Positions 1-9,725 of a stretch of DNA of 64,000 nt are shown in pieces. The translations under genes and the position numbers were made by a program. This stretch comes from an uncultured delta proteobacterium (GTDB lineage: Bacteria > Desulfobacterota > Syntrophorhabdia > Syntrophorhabdales > WCHB1-27). Under the pieces are notes generated by a model. The model made no database searches. It was not told the DNA's origin and saw nothing but the letters and a program-made list of their open reading frames with translations. Location of the stretch: NCBI GenBank assembly GCA_963810935.1, contig CAWEPK010000012.1:320001-384000 (forward strand). The letters are read 5' to 3'. The stretch's first letter is position 1. Every line of letters begins with the position of its first letter.

Positions 1-515
1 ATCCCGTACATGAGCATCCCGCCGGCTTCCGGCAGGGCCTCGAATATCGTCGCATGGAAGCCGAGGCGCGCGAGGTGGTAGGCGGCTGATAAGCCCGCGG
101 GCCCGCTGCCGATAATTGCCACCCTTTCCTTCCTGATTGCAGCGGGGCGCGGCAAAGCCACGTGGCCCTGGTCCGCAAGGAACCGCTCGAAACCACGGAT
201 ATTGATTGCGCTGTCCATTTCCTTCCGGTTGCAGGCGGGCTCGCACGGGTGGTAGCAAACCCTCCCGCAGACGCCCGGCAGCGGGTTCTCTTCCCGGAAG
301 ACAGCCAGGGCCTCGTCGATGCGCCCCTTCGAGGCCAGGGCGAAGGCCCGGGCGATATCGTTCCCTATCGGGCAGCCCTGCCTGCACGGCGACGTCTTTT
401 CAACCCAGGCGGGCTTGCCCGCGCTCCATTGGCCGGTCAGGAATATCTCCGTCGATCCCCTCGAAAACGGGATGATCGGCTCGATGTCCTTTATTGTGAT
501 GTCCCGGTAAGCCAT
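1..515 (-). CDS. GltD/DsrL-like FAD/NAD(P)-dependent Fe-S oxidoreductase, N-terminal part (runs off the window edge)
   Basis: Manual translation from ATG at 515: MAYRDITIK...SPCRQGCPIGND...PGVCGRVCYHPCEPACNR...VAIIGSGPAGLSAAYHLA...GGMLMYG (Fer4_20 cysteines plus Rossmann motif). Confidence 0.85.
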   Translation of the reverse strand, partial: MAYRDITIKDIEPIIPFSRGSTEIFLTGQWSAGKPAWVEKTSPCRQGCPIGNDIARAFALASKGRIDEALAVFREENPLPGVCGRVCYHPCEPACNRKEMDSAINIRGFERFLADQGHVALPRPAAIRKERVAIIGSGPAGLSAAYHLARLGFHATIFEALPEAGGMLMYG

Positions 516-520
516 CTCGT

Positions 521-1069
521 CTAGCTCCTTTTCACCATGCGGGTCAGCTCATAGGCGCGCTTTGCTGCGGCGATATTCTCCGCCACCTTGGCGGGCACGG
601 TCTCGCTTATCGCCTTTTCCAGGTGCTCCAAAGATACTGCGCCCGTTGCTTTCGCGTATGCGCCGAGGATGGCCGTGTTGATCGTGGTCCCCAGGCCCGC
701 CTCTTCCGACACGGCCAGCGCGTCGACAACTGCCACGCGGGACGCGGCGAGGCCCGTGAAATCGGTATCGGTAAGTGCGTTATTAATAAGGATGAGGCCG
801 CCCGCCTTGATCGTGGACGCCACTTCATTGGCCTCGACGAGGTCGGGGGCCAGATAAATCAGCTCGTCCGCCTGCCTGATCTCGCACTTCAGGTAGATCT
901 TCTTGTCGTCAACGCGCAGGAAGCTCGCCACAGGCGCGCCCCGCCTCTCCCCTCCGAACACGGAGAAGCACTGGGGGTACTTCCCCATCAGGAAGTATAC
1001 CTTTGCGAGGATCTGGGACGCGATTACCGCGCCCTGCCCTCCTCTTCCGATGAATTTTATCTCCGTCAT
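521..1069 (-). CDS. 2-oxoacid:acceptor oxidoreductase gamma subunit (PorC-like)
   Basis: EIKFIGRGGQGAV, FGGERRGAPV and NTAILGA motifs. Confidence 0.92.
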   Translation of the reverse strand: MTEIKFIGRGGQGAVIASQILAKVYFLMGKYPQCFSVFGGERRGAPVASFLRVDDKKIYLKCEIRQADELIYLAPDLVEANEVASTIKAGGLILINNALTDTDFTGLAASRVAVVDALAVSEEAGLGTTINTAILGAYAKATGAVSLEHLEKAISETVPAKVAENIAAAKRAYELTRMVKRS

Positions 1070-1376
1070 TGGTCTGATCCGACCTCCTGTCGTTCGATTA
1101 ACTGCCTGTCCGTCGCGCCTTAATTCTTAATACATTGCATCCGTGCATACTGTACCCCAGGCCAAAAAGGTTGTCAATCGCTTTTCCGGGCATCCAGGGA
1201 TGGTGTATTACACGCCTACAAAGCGGTGTAATACATTTTTGTCGGCCCCTGCCGCCCGGCTGTTATCCTCCTGTGCCTTAGACAGTAACCTGTTATTACA
1301 CATACTTAGACAGGCAGAGGGCTGTCTTTCGGACGGTGCCTCCCTTCCCCCACAAAACAATACTTATGCTTTTGCC

Positions 1377-1405
1377 TTGACAGTCCGATAACAGAGTTAT
1401 ATATT
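1377..1405 (+). promoter_or_regulatory. sigma70-type promoter for the VPLPA-CTERM gene
   Basis: TTGACA-N17-TATATT, upstream of a GGAGG RBS and ATG 1453. Confidence 0.55.
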
Positions 1406-1452
1406 GTAATACAGTACGGGCGCCCAGAGGGGAGCCCCAAGGAGGAAAGGAC

Positions 1453-2400
1453 ATGAAGGCTCTTCCAACCAGCAGGATTTTAATCGGCATAGCGTTGCTT
1501 CTGGGCATCTTCACCCTAACGGGCACTGCGTCAGCCGCCCTTTTCACGGACGTCAACCTGGGGACCGCCGGTTCTTCCGGACTCAACCTGGGCGTCTTCG
1601 TTACGGGTGGTACGACGGTCAGCGGCACCAACTACTCGACGATCAACACCAACCTCGGTTTGTCGAGCGGATCGAATACGAACCTCTCGGGCATGGGCAC
1701 CCTGAGCGGCACGATATATAAGGACCCGGGCGCCAGCGTCCAGAACAACCTCAGCACGTCGTTCAACGTGACTGGCGGAGTAACCTCGCAGAGCCTGTCG
1801 GCTGCATTGACCAGCGCCCAAAGCGCAGCGTCGAATGCCCTCTCGCTGAGCGCCAACCAGACCTATAGCACAGGCATCGACTCCTCGACCACCATCACGA
1901 ACTCCGGCGGCACGCTCAACACCCTGGGCGGCTACGATAAGGTGGTCAACATTACCGGCAATATCGCATTGAGCGGCTCGTCTGCTGCACTTACGATCTC
2001 CGGCGGGGCGAACGACTACTTCATAGTCAACATAACAGGGCTCGTATCCGTCACCAGCGGCGCCGACATCATCACTACCGGGGGCATCACGGCCGGCCAC
2101 ATCCTCTTTAACATAGAGGGGACCGGCAGCAGCCTTACCGTTAGCGGCACCGGGTCCGTCATAGACGGCACCTTCCTGGCCGTAAACTCCGGCCAGACCA
2201 TGACCGTCTCTTCCGGTACGGTCAACGGCGGCATGATGGGCTACCAGATCCAGACGGGCGCATCGGGCACGACGACCATAAACGGCCAGCTCTACCAAGG
2301 CCCGCCCTCGGCAGTCCCGCTGCCTCCGTCGCTCCTGATGCTGGCTCCCGGACTCTTCGGACTCGCCGTTTTGCGCAAGCGCTTCACCGTTAAAGATTAG
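1453..2400 (+). CDS. Secreted Ser/Thr/Gly-rich surface protein with ice-binding-like (DUF3494-type) beta-solenoid and VPLPA-CTERM sorting signal
   Basis: Signal peptide; LTISGGANDYFIVNI...HILFNI...GTFLA pattern; C-terminal AVPLPPSLLMLAPGLFGLAVLRKR. Confidence 0.75.
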   Translation: MKALPTSRILIGIALLLGIFTLTGTASAALFTDVNLGTAGSSGLNLGVFVTGGTTVSGTNYSTINTNLGLSSGSNTNLSGMGTLSGTIYKDPGASVQNNLSTSFNVTGGVTSQSLSAALTSAQSAASNALSLSANQTYSTGIDSSTTITNSGGTLNTLGGYDKVVNITGNIALSGSSAALTISGGANDYFIVNITGLVSVTSGADIITTGGITAGHILFNIEGTGSSLTVSGTGSVIDGTFLAVNSGQTMTVSSGTVNGGMMGYQIQTGASGTTTINGQLYQGPPSAVPLPPSLLMLAPGLFGLAVLRKRFTVKD

Positions 2401-2635
2401 CCGTCAACTGTCCCGCCTGCCGGGCACCCGCGCAACGCGGGTCTCCCGGCAAGGCCAGGGGCTTTCCCTTGGAGGGGCGAACTTTTTCGCTTGGGGAAAC
2501 GGGGCGTTTTTTTTCAACACGGGGCCTTCTGCGGGTGCGGAAGGCCCCGTTTTTGTATTGTTAATGGGGGGCGGGACGTCCGTTGCTCTTACCCGCCCTC
2601 TTATAGTCAACCGCAGCATCTTTACGCCATGCTGC

Positions 2636-5600
2636 TCACTTTCCGCAACACTTCTTGTATTTTTTTCCACTCCCGCACGGACAAGGGTCATTTCGTCCGA
2701 CTTTCCCGGTTTGGCGTATTAGCGTTCGGTCCTCGGTGAACTCTTCCAATTTAATGTGCGGTTTCAAATCCTCCGGCAGGCCGTCATAAATGTTTTGGCA
2801 CGTCTTTCTGAATTTATTCAGTCCGAGAATCGCGCGGACTCGGCTGATAGATCCGGCAGCGTCGCTCTTGTCCACACCCATACTCTCTCGAATACCATAA
2901 GATTTAAGGAAACACTCTAAAGCCGCAGGAAAATGTTTTCGTGAGTGCCAGACGTGGCCCATATTATAAAGCGATATGGCTATGCCCTCCTTGTCACCTA
3001 TTTCCTCTTTAATCTTCAAACTCTCTCTGTGCTGCTCCATTGCACCGGGTAGATTGCCCTGGTCCTGAAGAACTAAGCCTATATTGTTAAGGGAAGCGGC
3101 GATGCCCTCCTTGTCGCCTATTTCCTCTTGGATCTTCAGGCTCCCTCTGTACTGCGTCAATGCACCGGACAGGTCGCCCTGTTTCCCAAGAACCAGGCCC
3201 ATATTGTTAAGGCAAACGGCTATGCCTGCCTTGTCGCCTATTTCCTCTCTAATTCTTAGACTCTCTCCGCACTGCTTCAGCGCACCGGACAGGTCGCCCT
3301 GTTTCCCAAGAACCAGGCCCATATTGTTAAGGCAAACGGCTATGCCTGCCTTGTCGCCTATTTCCTCATGGATCTTCAGGCTCCCTCTGTACTGCGTCAA
3401 TGCACCGGACAGGTCGCCCTGTTTCCCAAGAATCAAGCCTATATTGTTAAGGGAAGTCGCAATGCCTGCATTGTCGCCAATGGCTTTGCGAATATCCAAA
3501 CTTTGGCTCAGCCACTGTTCGGCGCTCTGAAAATTACCAAAGAACTGAAATGCCAAGCCTATGTCGTTTGCACTTCGCCCTTGTTCTTTCTTATAGTTAT
3601 ATTGTTTGCAACGCTCGTAAGCATCTTCAAAATACTTGAGCGCTTCCCGTACTTCCCCTTTTCGATATAGCATCTCGCCGAATCTTATGTATGCCTCAGC
3701 GGTTACTCTGTCATCGGCCGCTTCAAAGGAAAATGCCTCCTCGAAATGCCTCGATGCCTCGCCCCATTCACCCCTCAACTGGGCTACGTCCCCCAGGAAT
3801 ATCCGGTATTCAGGTCTGTCCAAACCCCGTGCCCGCGCTTTGGCGATCATTTCAAGAAGAGAATTTGTGTGTCCGGAAAGGACGAACTTTTCTCCAGTGT
3901 TGCTTATGAAATTTGCTAATCTGGCTGGGTCATTGCCTCCTGCGATATGATAAAAGATCTCTTCTTCAAGGAAAGGGTCAAATCGAGTTGATCTCCTTGC
4001 CTCATAGTATGAAGCGGCTTTCCCATGCGCTGCCTGCTTGCTCGAAAGCCTTTGATAACAGAACTCCCGAATCAGCGGGTGCGTCCTATACAAACCACTC
4101 GTCACTGAAAGCATCTTTTTATCGATAAGTTTGTACAAGGTGGCGCTTACGTCCTTCATATCAAAAAGAAAAGAAATACCGCTTTTATCGATTTCGGACC
4201 TAAACACTGAGAAGTTGAGCAAGAAATCTTTTTCCTCATCCGTGCTCCTCGGATGGTTGAACACTTCATCGAGAAGCCGCGCACTCAAATCCCTGCTTTT
4301 GTCCCCTGCCCTAACTATTTTTTCAATGATATCCTTTGGAGGTTCTCCGTAACTGAGAAGCTGTAATGCTAATTCTATGGCAAGCGGATGCCCGCCGAGC
4401 TTTTCACTGATATTAGACAGGTCCGCGTCACTCACTTCTAAACTTGCGTAATACTCCTGCCTGAGCTTCTGCGCATAACGCAGCGCTGCATCACCTAGGC
4501 CGTGTAGCTCGATCGGCGCAAACCTTACCCCGAAAGTCGGATGTTCACGTGAGACGAGTACGATCCTTGCTTTATGGAGTCTTCTTTCCGCAAACTTCAG
4601 CAACCTCTCGAATGAATTGCTTGAAAGGACATGGAAATTATCGAGAAATATGCTCTTCTCGTCTCTTTCGATCAGATCGATGAACCCGCTATACTTAGCA
4701 AGCTCGGTCTTGCTTTCCCCTTTCAACACCTCCGGGTATCCGGATAAACCTATAAGGGCATCGATCTCTGAATCAGGCAGACACTCGAACCAGACAGTCT
4801 TTTCCTTCGGCAGAAACTCCTCAATGCATTTCAAGGCAAATTCTGTCTTCCCAACCCCGCCGAGGCCCTCGACAGAGATCAGGTTCGATTTTGCGAGAAG
4901 TTCCCTAAACTCAGCTTTCTTTTGTTCCATGCCCGTAAAGAGTCTCGTCGGTTCAGGCACGGAGACAGAAGGCACTGTGACGCTTAATGCAACAGGAGCG
5001 GAAGGCGCCATCTTCCCCAACAATCTTTTTAGCTCTGCAAAAACATCCGAGGGCAAAGACCTTTTCCCGCAGGATTCGTCTATCAACACGGTAAAGTCAA
5101 TCTGATCATTGAGATGCAAAATACCTTCCGACCCGGCCCGCAAATATGGGTTTATTCTTCTTATTTGCTCAACGAGCTTCGTTTCAAGCAATTCTTTAAC
5201 GAGGGGGACATATTCGTCACAATTTGCGGGATATCTGAGTGTTATTTTGACGCTATTTTTGGATATTTCAATGTAATCTACATAATGATGCTTATACCAG
5301 TGGACCTGCGAATGTACGGAAAGATTGAATTTCGAAGTTTCGGAAAAATCGATCCTCTTGCACTGAAGATCAAGCTCGTCTGCGATTAAAAGAAGGGCGG
5401 CAAGTAATTGACCTCTGAAGGGCCGGCCCTTGGGCGTATAAGCGCCGCCGGCGAGTTTCACTATAACCTCTGGAAAATAATCGGTCGAATGCCCTTTGCA
5501 AACAAAGGCAATAGGCGCTATATATTCCTCGTCTATTGAAGCGGGCAGATGAAAATCATCCCTTCCTACGCTCTCAGCCACACGTTTAAGGATTATCTCG

Positions 5601-5967
5601 CTGCTTAACTCGGCATGTCTTGTTCGTATCTCGTCGTACTCCTTCTCAGTTAGTTTCTCTATTGGGAAATCCGGCCATTTCAAAAACTGCATACCCACGT
5701 CATGCAGGTAAGCCGACGCAAGGAGCACAAACAGTTCGTGTTTGTTGGGAAATAGCTTGGTGCTACCTTCTAAAGGGCTGAGGAGTGGCCTAGTATATAG
5801 ATAATTTCTTTCGAATGAGCAGGGCCGTGGTCTGTAAACCATGGCAGGAGGTTGCTTATCCACACACCATCGCAGAACTTCTCTATGTCCTGCAAAGTGC
5901 TGAAAAGCTGCCCGTCCATCGACTTCAGTTTTTCGACTAGCGCCAACTCCCCTTCATCGCCAATCAT
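2636..5967 (-). CDS. HD-domain + NB-ARC/STAND NTPase + TPR + SEC-C protein; 1-nt frameshift near 5787
   Basis: ORF 5770-5967 ([11 protein letters not shown]) joins ORF 2636-5863 ([37 protein letters not shown]; 40-aa TPRs; [18 protein letters not shown]). Confidence 0.8.
2956..3480. repeat. 120-bp tandem repeats encoding TPR units (about 4.5 copies)
   Basis: 3181-3240 is identical to 3301-3360; 3121-3180 matches 3361-3420 at 59/60. Confidence 0.95.
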
Positions 5968-6353
5968 TTATCAACCCCCTCCACACATCCAAAGCCGTAT
6001 GATCCGCTCTGTAGGACGATACCACTGAAATCTTCCTTCATGCACATCATGCCATTACAGAGGCCGATTGTGCAACAACAAAACCAATGACGCCATAAAG
6101 GCAATAATTGCGGCAGAATTAAGATGAGGGGTCCTCAGTTACGGAGAGGAAACGGAAGTCGAGCACCGTATGTTTTACGGCGGCTAAAAGCACCGGGGCC
6201 GGTATCCCGTATAAATATTTATTCTTCTTGACAGCGTTCGGGATTTTTAGAGACGTTGTTTCCTAATGTTTATTACTGTCGCCTTCTTTTTTCCTCCGGC
6301 TACCTTCTACAAAACAAATCACATTAGGCAACAACGTCCCCGATGTTGGTAAA

Positions 6354-6701
6354 TTATGCCCCGGCTTCCTTATTACCCGGCGCTTTTTCGTCGGCAATGG
6401 ATGAGAAGTTAGTAATCTTCACGGCCCCGTCGGGGAAACAGGCAACGATATCCAAGGTGCCGCCCATGGCCTCGATAGCAGCCCGCAATGTCGAAACATA
6501 GATATCTGTGCGTTTTTCCAGTTTGGCTACGTTAGGCTGTTTGATGTGCAGCTCTTTAGCAAGCGTTTCCTGGGACATACCGCGAGCCCTTCTCAGCTCA
6601 TGCAGTGGCATTTTCGTAAGCATTTTCCGATAGCGCTTGTCCGAGCGGGCAATCGCCTCGGGCGACATTTTGGCTTCCAGCTCAACAAACTTACGAGCCA
6701 T
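6354..6701 (-). CDS. XRE/HTH antitoxin (HigA-like)
   Basis: LHELRRARGMSQETLAKELHIKQPNVAKLEKRTDIYVSTL; overlaps the toxin stop. Confidence 0.88.
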   Translation of the reverse strand: MARKFVELEAKMSPEAIARSDKRYRKMLTKMPLHELRRARGMSQETLAKELHIKQPNVAKLEKRTDIYVSTLRAAIEAMGGTLDIVACFPDGAVKITNFSSIADEKAPGNKEAGA

Positions 6702-7059
6702 CTTTTAAGCCCTCCTTTCGCAATGTCTTCAAATGTTCGTCATAAAGTCGGTCCGCTTTGGGCGCGTATTCCTCGTACCAGCGATCATTTCCGGTCTTCT
6801 CTCCGCCGATCAGCAGGATGGCGCATCGACGAGGATCGAACGCATAGAGCACACGATAGGGTCGGCCGGCATGTTAAATCCTGAGTTCGCGCATGTTGCC
6901 GTGCTTTGATATCCCCACACCGCTGGAATGAGGGAACGGGAGATTGGGTCCAAAGTCGCCCAGGAGCTTAACGCTTGCACGCACCGATTCCTGCTCTGTT
7001 TCCTTCAGGCCCGCCCACCAATCGCCGAACTCATCGGTATATTCGATGTCCCATTCCAC
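6691..7059 (-). pseudogene. RelE/HigB (Gp49-like) toxin with an internal TAA at 6874-6876
   Basis: VEWDIEYTDEF...GPNLPFPHSS...MRELRI*HAGRPYRVLYAFDPRRCAILLIGGEKTG; the same frame continues past the stop. Confidence 0.85.
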
Positions 7060-7185
7060 GTTTAATAATATACCCCGCAGGATATATACTGTCAAGGGTA
7101 TAATGTCTCATGGTGATAGGGAATTTATTGGTGATTATTTACTTGACAAAGATTGGGTATAATGATAGACTGAAAGAATGATAGA

Positions 7186-7323
7186 TTACTTTTCGGTTTT
7201 CTTCTTTTCTTCCGACAACTTATCAACGAGTTTGCGCATGTGCTTAGCCACCTTGGGGTGGAAGACGTGCGCGATAACCTCATCGGCTGTCATCTCTTTC
7301 GCTGGCTTCTTCTTCTCTTTCAT
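7186..7323 (-). CDS. Small basic hypothetical protein (45 aa), divergent from the transposase
   Basis: MKEKKKPAKEMTADEVIAHVFHPKVAKHMRKLVDKLSEEKKKTEK with an AAGGAG RBS. Confidence 0.5.
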   Translation of the reverse strand: MKEKKKPAKEMTADEVIAHVFHPKVAKHMRKLVDKLSEEKKKTEK

Positions 7324-7334
7324 GGAGGCTCCTT

Positions 7335-8234
7335 ATGGATACTAATTTAATTGATCTCGTGGCAGAGTTCAACGGCAACGAAGATAAATGTAAAAGCCAC
7401 CTTGAGGAGCTAAGATGGCCGGACGGCCTAAAATGCCCGCGCTGTGAATCTGCCAAAGTATCTCCTGTCAAAGAAGGCAGTCATATCTTCGATTGCCTTA
7501 CCTGCGGGTATCAGTTCACAGTTACCGCCAATACAATCTTCCATGATACTCACTTGCCTCTTTGGAAGTGGTTTTTGGCGGTCTATCTCATGACAGAAAG
7601 CAAAAAGGGTATATCGGCCAACCAACTCAAAAGAACGCTGAAAATCAGCTATAAGACAGCTTGGTATCTCTGCCACAGAATTAGGAAGGCGATGGAAGAA
7701 GCTGCGCCTGGCCCGAAGCTCAACGGAACAGTTGAAGTCGATGAGACATACGTGGGCGGGAGATACGACAAGAGGCGGAAACGGCACGCATACGAGAAAC
7801 AAGCGGTCCTGGGGATGATTGAGCGGAAAGGCAAGCTCGAAGTCAAGGCGGTTCGGGGAACGGGCAACAAGATTATCATCCCGATTATCGAAGATCGGGT
7901 AAACAAAGACGCAAGGGTTATGACAGACGACTATGTGGGCTATACGAGACTCGACAAGGACGGCTACCACCGTGATGTCATCGACCACAAGCACGATGAA
8001 TGGGTAAAGGGCGACGTCTACACCAACACTATTGAAAACGCCTGGAGCCTGTTTAAGCGGTCGATAGTTGGTTCTTTCCATCACATCAGCACCAAGCACG
8101 TTGAAGCATATCTTGACGAATTCGAATGGAGATTCAACGAGCGCAAGAACCCGCACCTATACCGGGATACCATGATAAGGCTCTTGAACGCGCCTAAGAT
8201 GGAGTTTAAGGAATTGATAGAGAAAGAAGCATAA
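7335..8234 (+). CDS. IS1595-family (ISXO2-like) transposase
   Basis: Zn ribbon RWPDGLKCPRC...CLTC; VEVDETY, MTDD, TNTIENAWSLFKR, YLDEFEWRFN. Confidence 0.95.
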   Translation: MDTNLIDLVAEFNGNEDKCKSHLEELRWPDGLKCPRCESAKVSPVKEGSHIFDCLTCGYQFTVTANTIFHDTHLPLWKWFLAVYLMTESKKGISANQLKRTLKISYKTAWYLCHRIRKAMEEAAPGPKLNGTVEVDETYVGGRYDKRRKRHAYEKQAVLGMIERKGKLEVKAVRGTGNKIIIPIIEDRVNKDARVMTDDYVGYTRLDKDGYHRDVIDHKHDEWVKGDVYTNTIENAWSLFKRSIVGSFHHISTKHVEAYLDEFEWRFNERKNPHLYRDTMIRLLNAPKMEFKELIEKEA

Positions 8235-8328
8235 ATCAGCAATACTCTTCCCATAAGACTCCAATTACGCATATAATAACTACTAAACAGAAGAGAACTA
8301 TAAAAACCCTTGCGGCGGTGATATCGTC

Positions 8329-8919
8329 TTGGGTTATTTTGTCTACGCTCTCAAATTTGTTGACTCGCATAACGGAGGAGTCGCTGCTCTTGCCACTATA
8401 GTAATCGCCGTCTTCACGGTTCTTTTGTGGCGGTCCACTCATAAGATGTGGAGAGCCACCAGTGATACTGCTAAGGCCGCAAGAGACAGCGCCGATGCTC
8501 TCCGCGCAACAGAGAGAGCCTATGTTCACGCGGGGGCTGCGTTTGGTGGCGTCAAAACGGAAGGAAGCGCGTATGTCATTCAAACAAATTTTGCAATAGC
8601 GAAGTATGGCAAAACACCGGCGGTTATTAACGGAATTAAGATATTGTGGAACCTTGAGCCTAAAATACCGGACGGTCAAGAAATGGATGTTTTTCCCCGG
8701 CAACACACTGCCACCATACTTGATAAAGACCCGATTACCGATGGCGTCGGTGTTCCGGTTAAAGGGGAAGACTGGAAGGACATTCTGGCATTGAAAAAAC
8801 AACTTTTTTTCTTGGTAAGAGTTGAGTACCAAGATGTTTTTGATGAGTCCTATATTAAAGACTTCTGGTGGGTGTTCAAACCCACTGACCGTGTTTGGAG
8901 CATATATAAGAACACATAA
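8329..8919 (+). CDS. Membrane-anchored hypothetical protein (IS passenger)
   Basis: TM helix ALATIVIAVFTVLLW followed by a coiled linker and ERAYV motif. Confidence 0.7.
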   Translation: MGYFVYALKFVDSHNGGVAALATIVIAVFTVLLWRSTHKMWRATSDTAKAARDSADALRATERAYVHAGAAFGGVKTEGSAYVIQTNFAIAKYGKTPAVINGIKILWNLEPKIPDGQEMDVFPRQHTATILDKDPITDGVGVPVKGEDWKDILALKKQLFFLVRVEYQDVFDESYIKDFWWVFKPTDRVWSIYKNT

Positions 8920-9145
8920 GCCGCTCAATAACGGTGTGATTAGTATTAATTTGTAGAATTTTACTAACGAACCTTGACGCAAGCAAACCCTCCGTGATAG
9001 AATAGACTTGCCTATTCCGGCGGGCTTCTTAGGGCTTGATAGCCAAGGTAGGGCCAAAGCTGTCAGGACCAACTAAGTCGATCTATAAAAACCCACTACA
9101 ACAAAAAAATATTACTCCCCTGTCACGGGGATGTCAAGAAAGGGG

Positions 9146-9556
9146 TCACTTATGGTTGGCTGGTTTTACGATCTCGCCCCCGTCCAACGGGTTCTGCTTC
9201 CCCTCATTGTGGCCGGTTGGTTGATTGTGGTCTTGATGTGGCTGAATATCCGACGCAGGCAAAAAAGGCTTGAAGAACTTCTCGATGTTGGGAATCGCGG
9301 CCGCGAGAAGGGTAAAAGCGGTAATGATTAAAACCGCTATCGTCATGTTTCTAATCTGTCTTTGGATTCTCAGGTTCTCCTTTTCTGCTATCCTTCGCTG
9401 TGTATTAAGGGAGTTTTCCCTTTCTAGTTCCTTGAGCCTTAGCCATTCCTGAACGTGGTCAACGGTCAAAGTTCCTGGATAGCCAAAGTCCCCATTAGCA
9501 AGACGTTTTCTGACTTCAACTTCTCCCCATTTTTCAAGCTCATCCAATAAAGCCAT
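9146..9556 (-). CDS. Hypothetical membrane protein (IS passenger)
   Basis: 136-aa ORF with coiled coil and TM segment MTIAVLIITAFTLLAAAI; directly behind a promoter-like motif in the right TIR. Confidence 0.6.
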   Translation of the reverse strand: MALLDELEKWGEVEVRKRLANGDFGYPGTLTVDHVQEWLRLKELERENSLNTQRRIAEKENLRIQRQIRNMTIAVLIITAFTLLAAAIPNIEKFFKPFLPASDIQPHQDHNQPTGHNEGKQNPLDGGEIVKPANHK

Positions 9557-9725
9557 TCTTCATCATACCATGCACCCTTATCTTTGTGAAGTGAATAATC
9601 ACCAATTTATTCTCTTGACAAGCCCCCAGAACGTATTGTACCCATTATACGGTACCCATGAAGCAGTATTAACGTGACGCACTGTGTCCGCAAAAAGGTT
9701 TTAGGCAAAATTAGGATAGATATTC

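Larger units (their letters stand above)
7130..9603 (+). mobile_element. IS1595-family element with passenger genes (2474 bp)
   Basis: TIRs GGTGATTATTTACTTGACAAAGA (7130-7152) and TCTTTGTGAAGTGAATAATCACC (9581-9603), 21/23 match; 8-bp TSD AATTTATT at 7122-7129 and 9604-9611. Confidence 0.95.
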
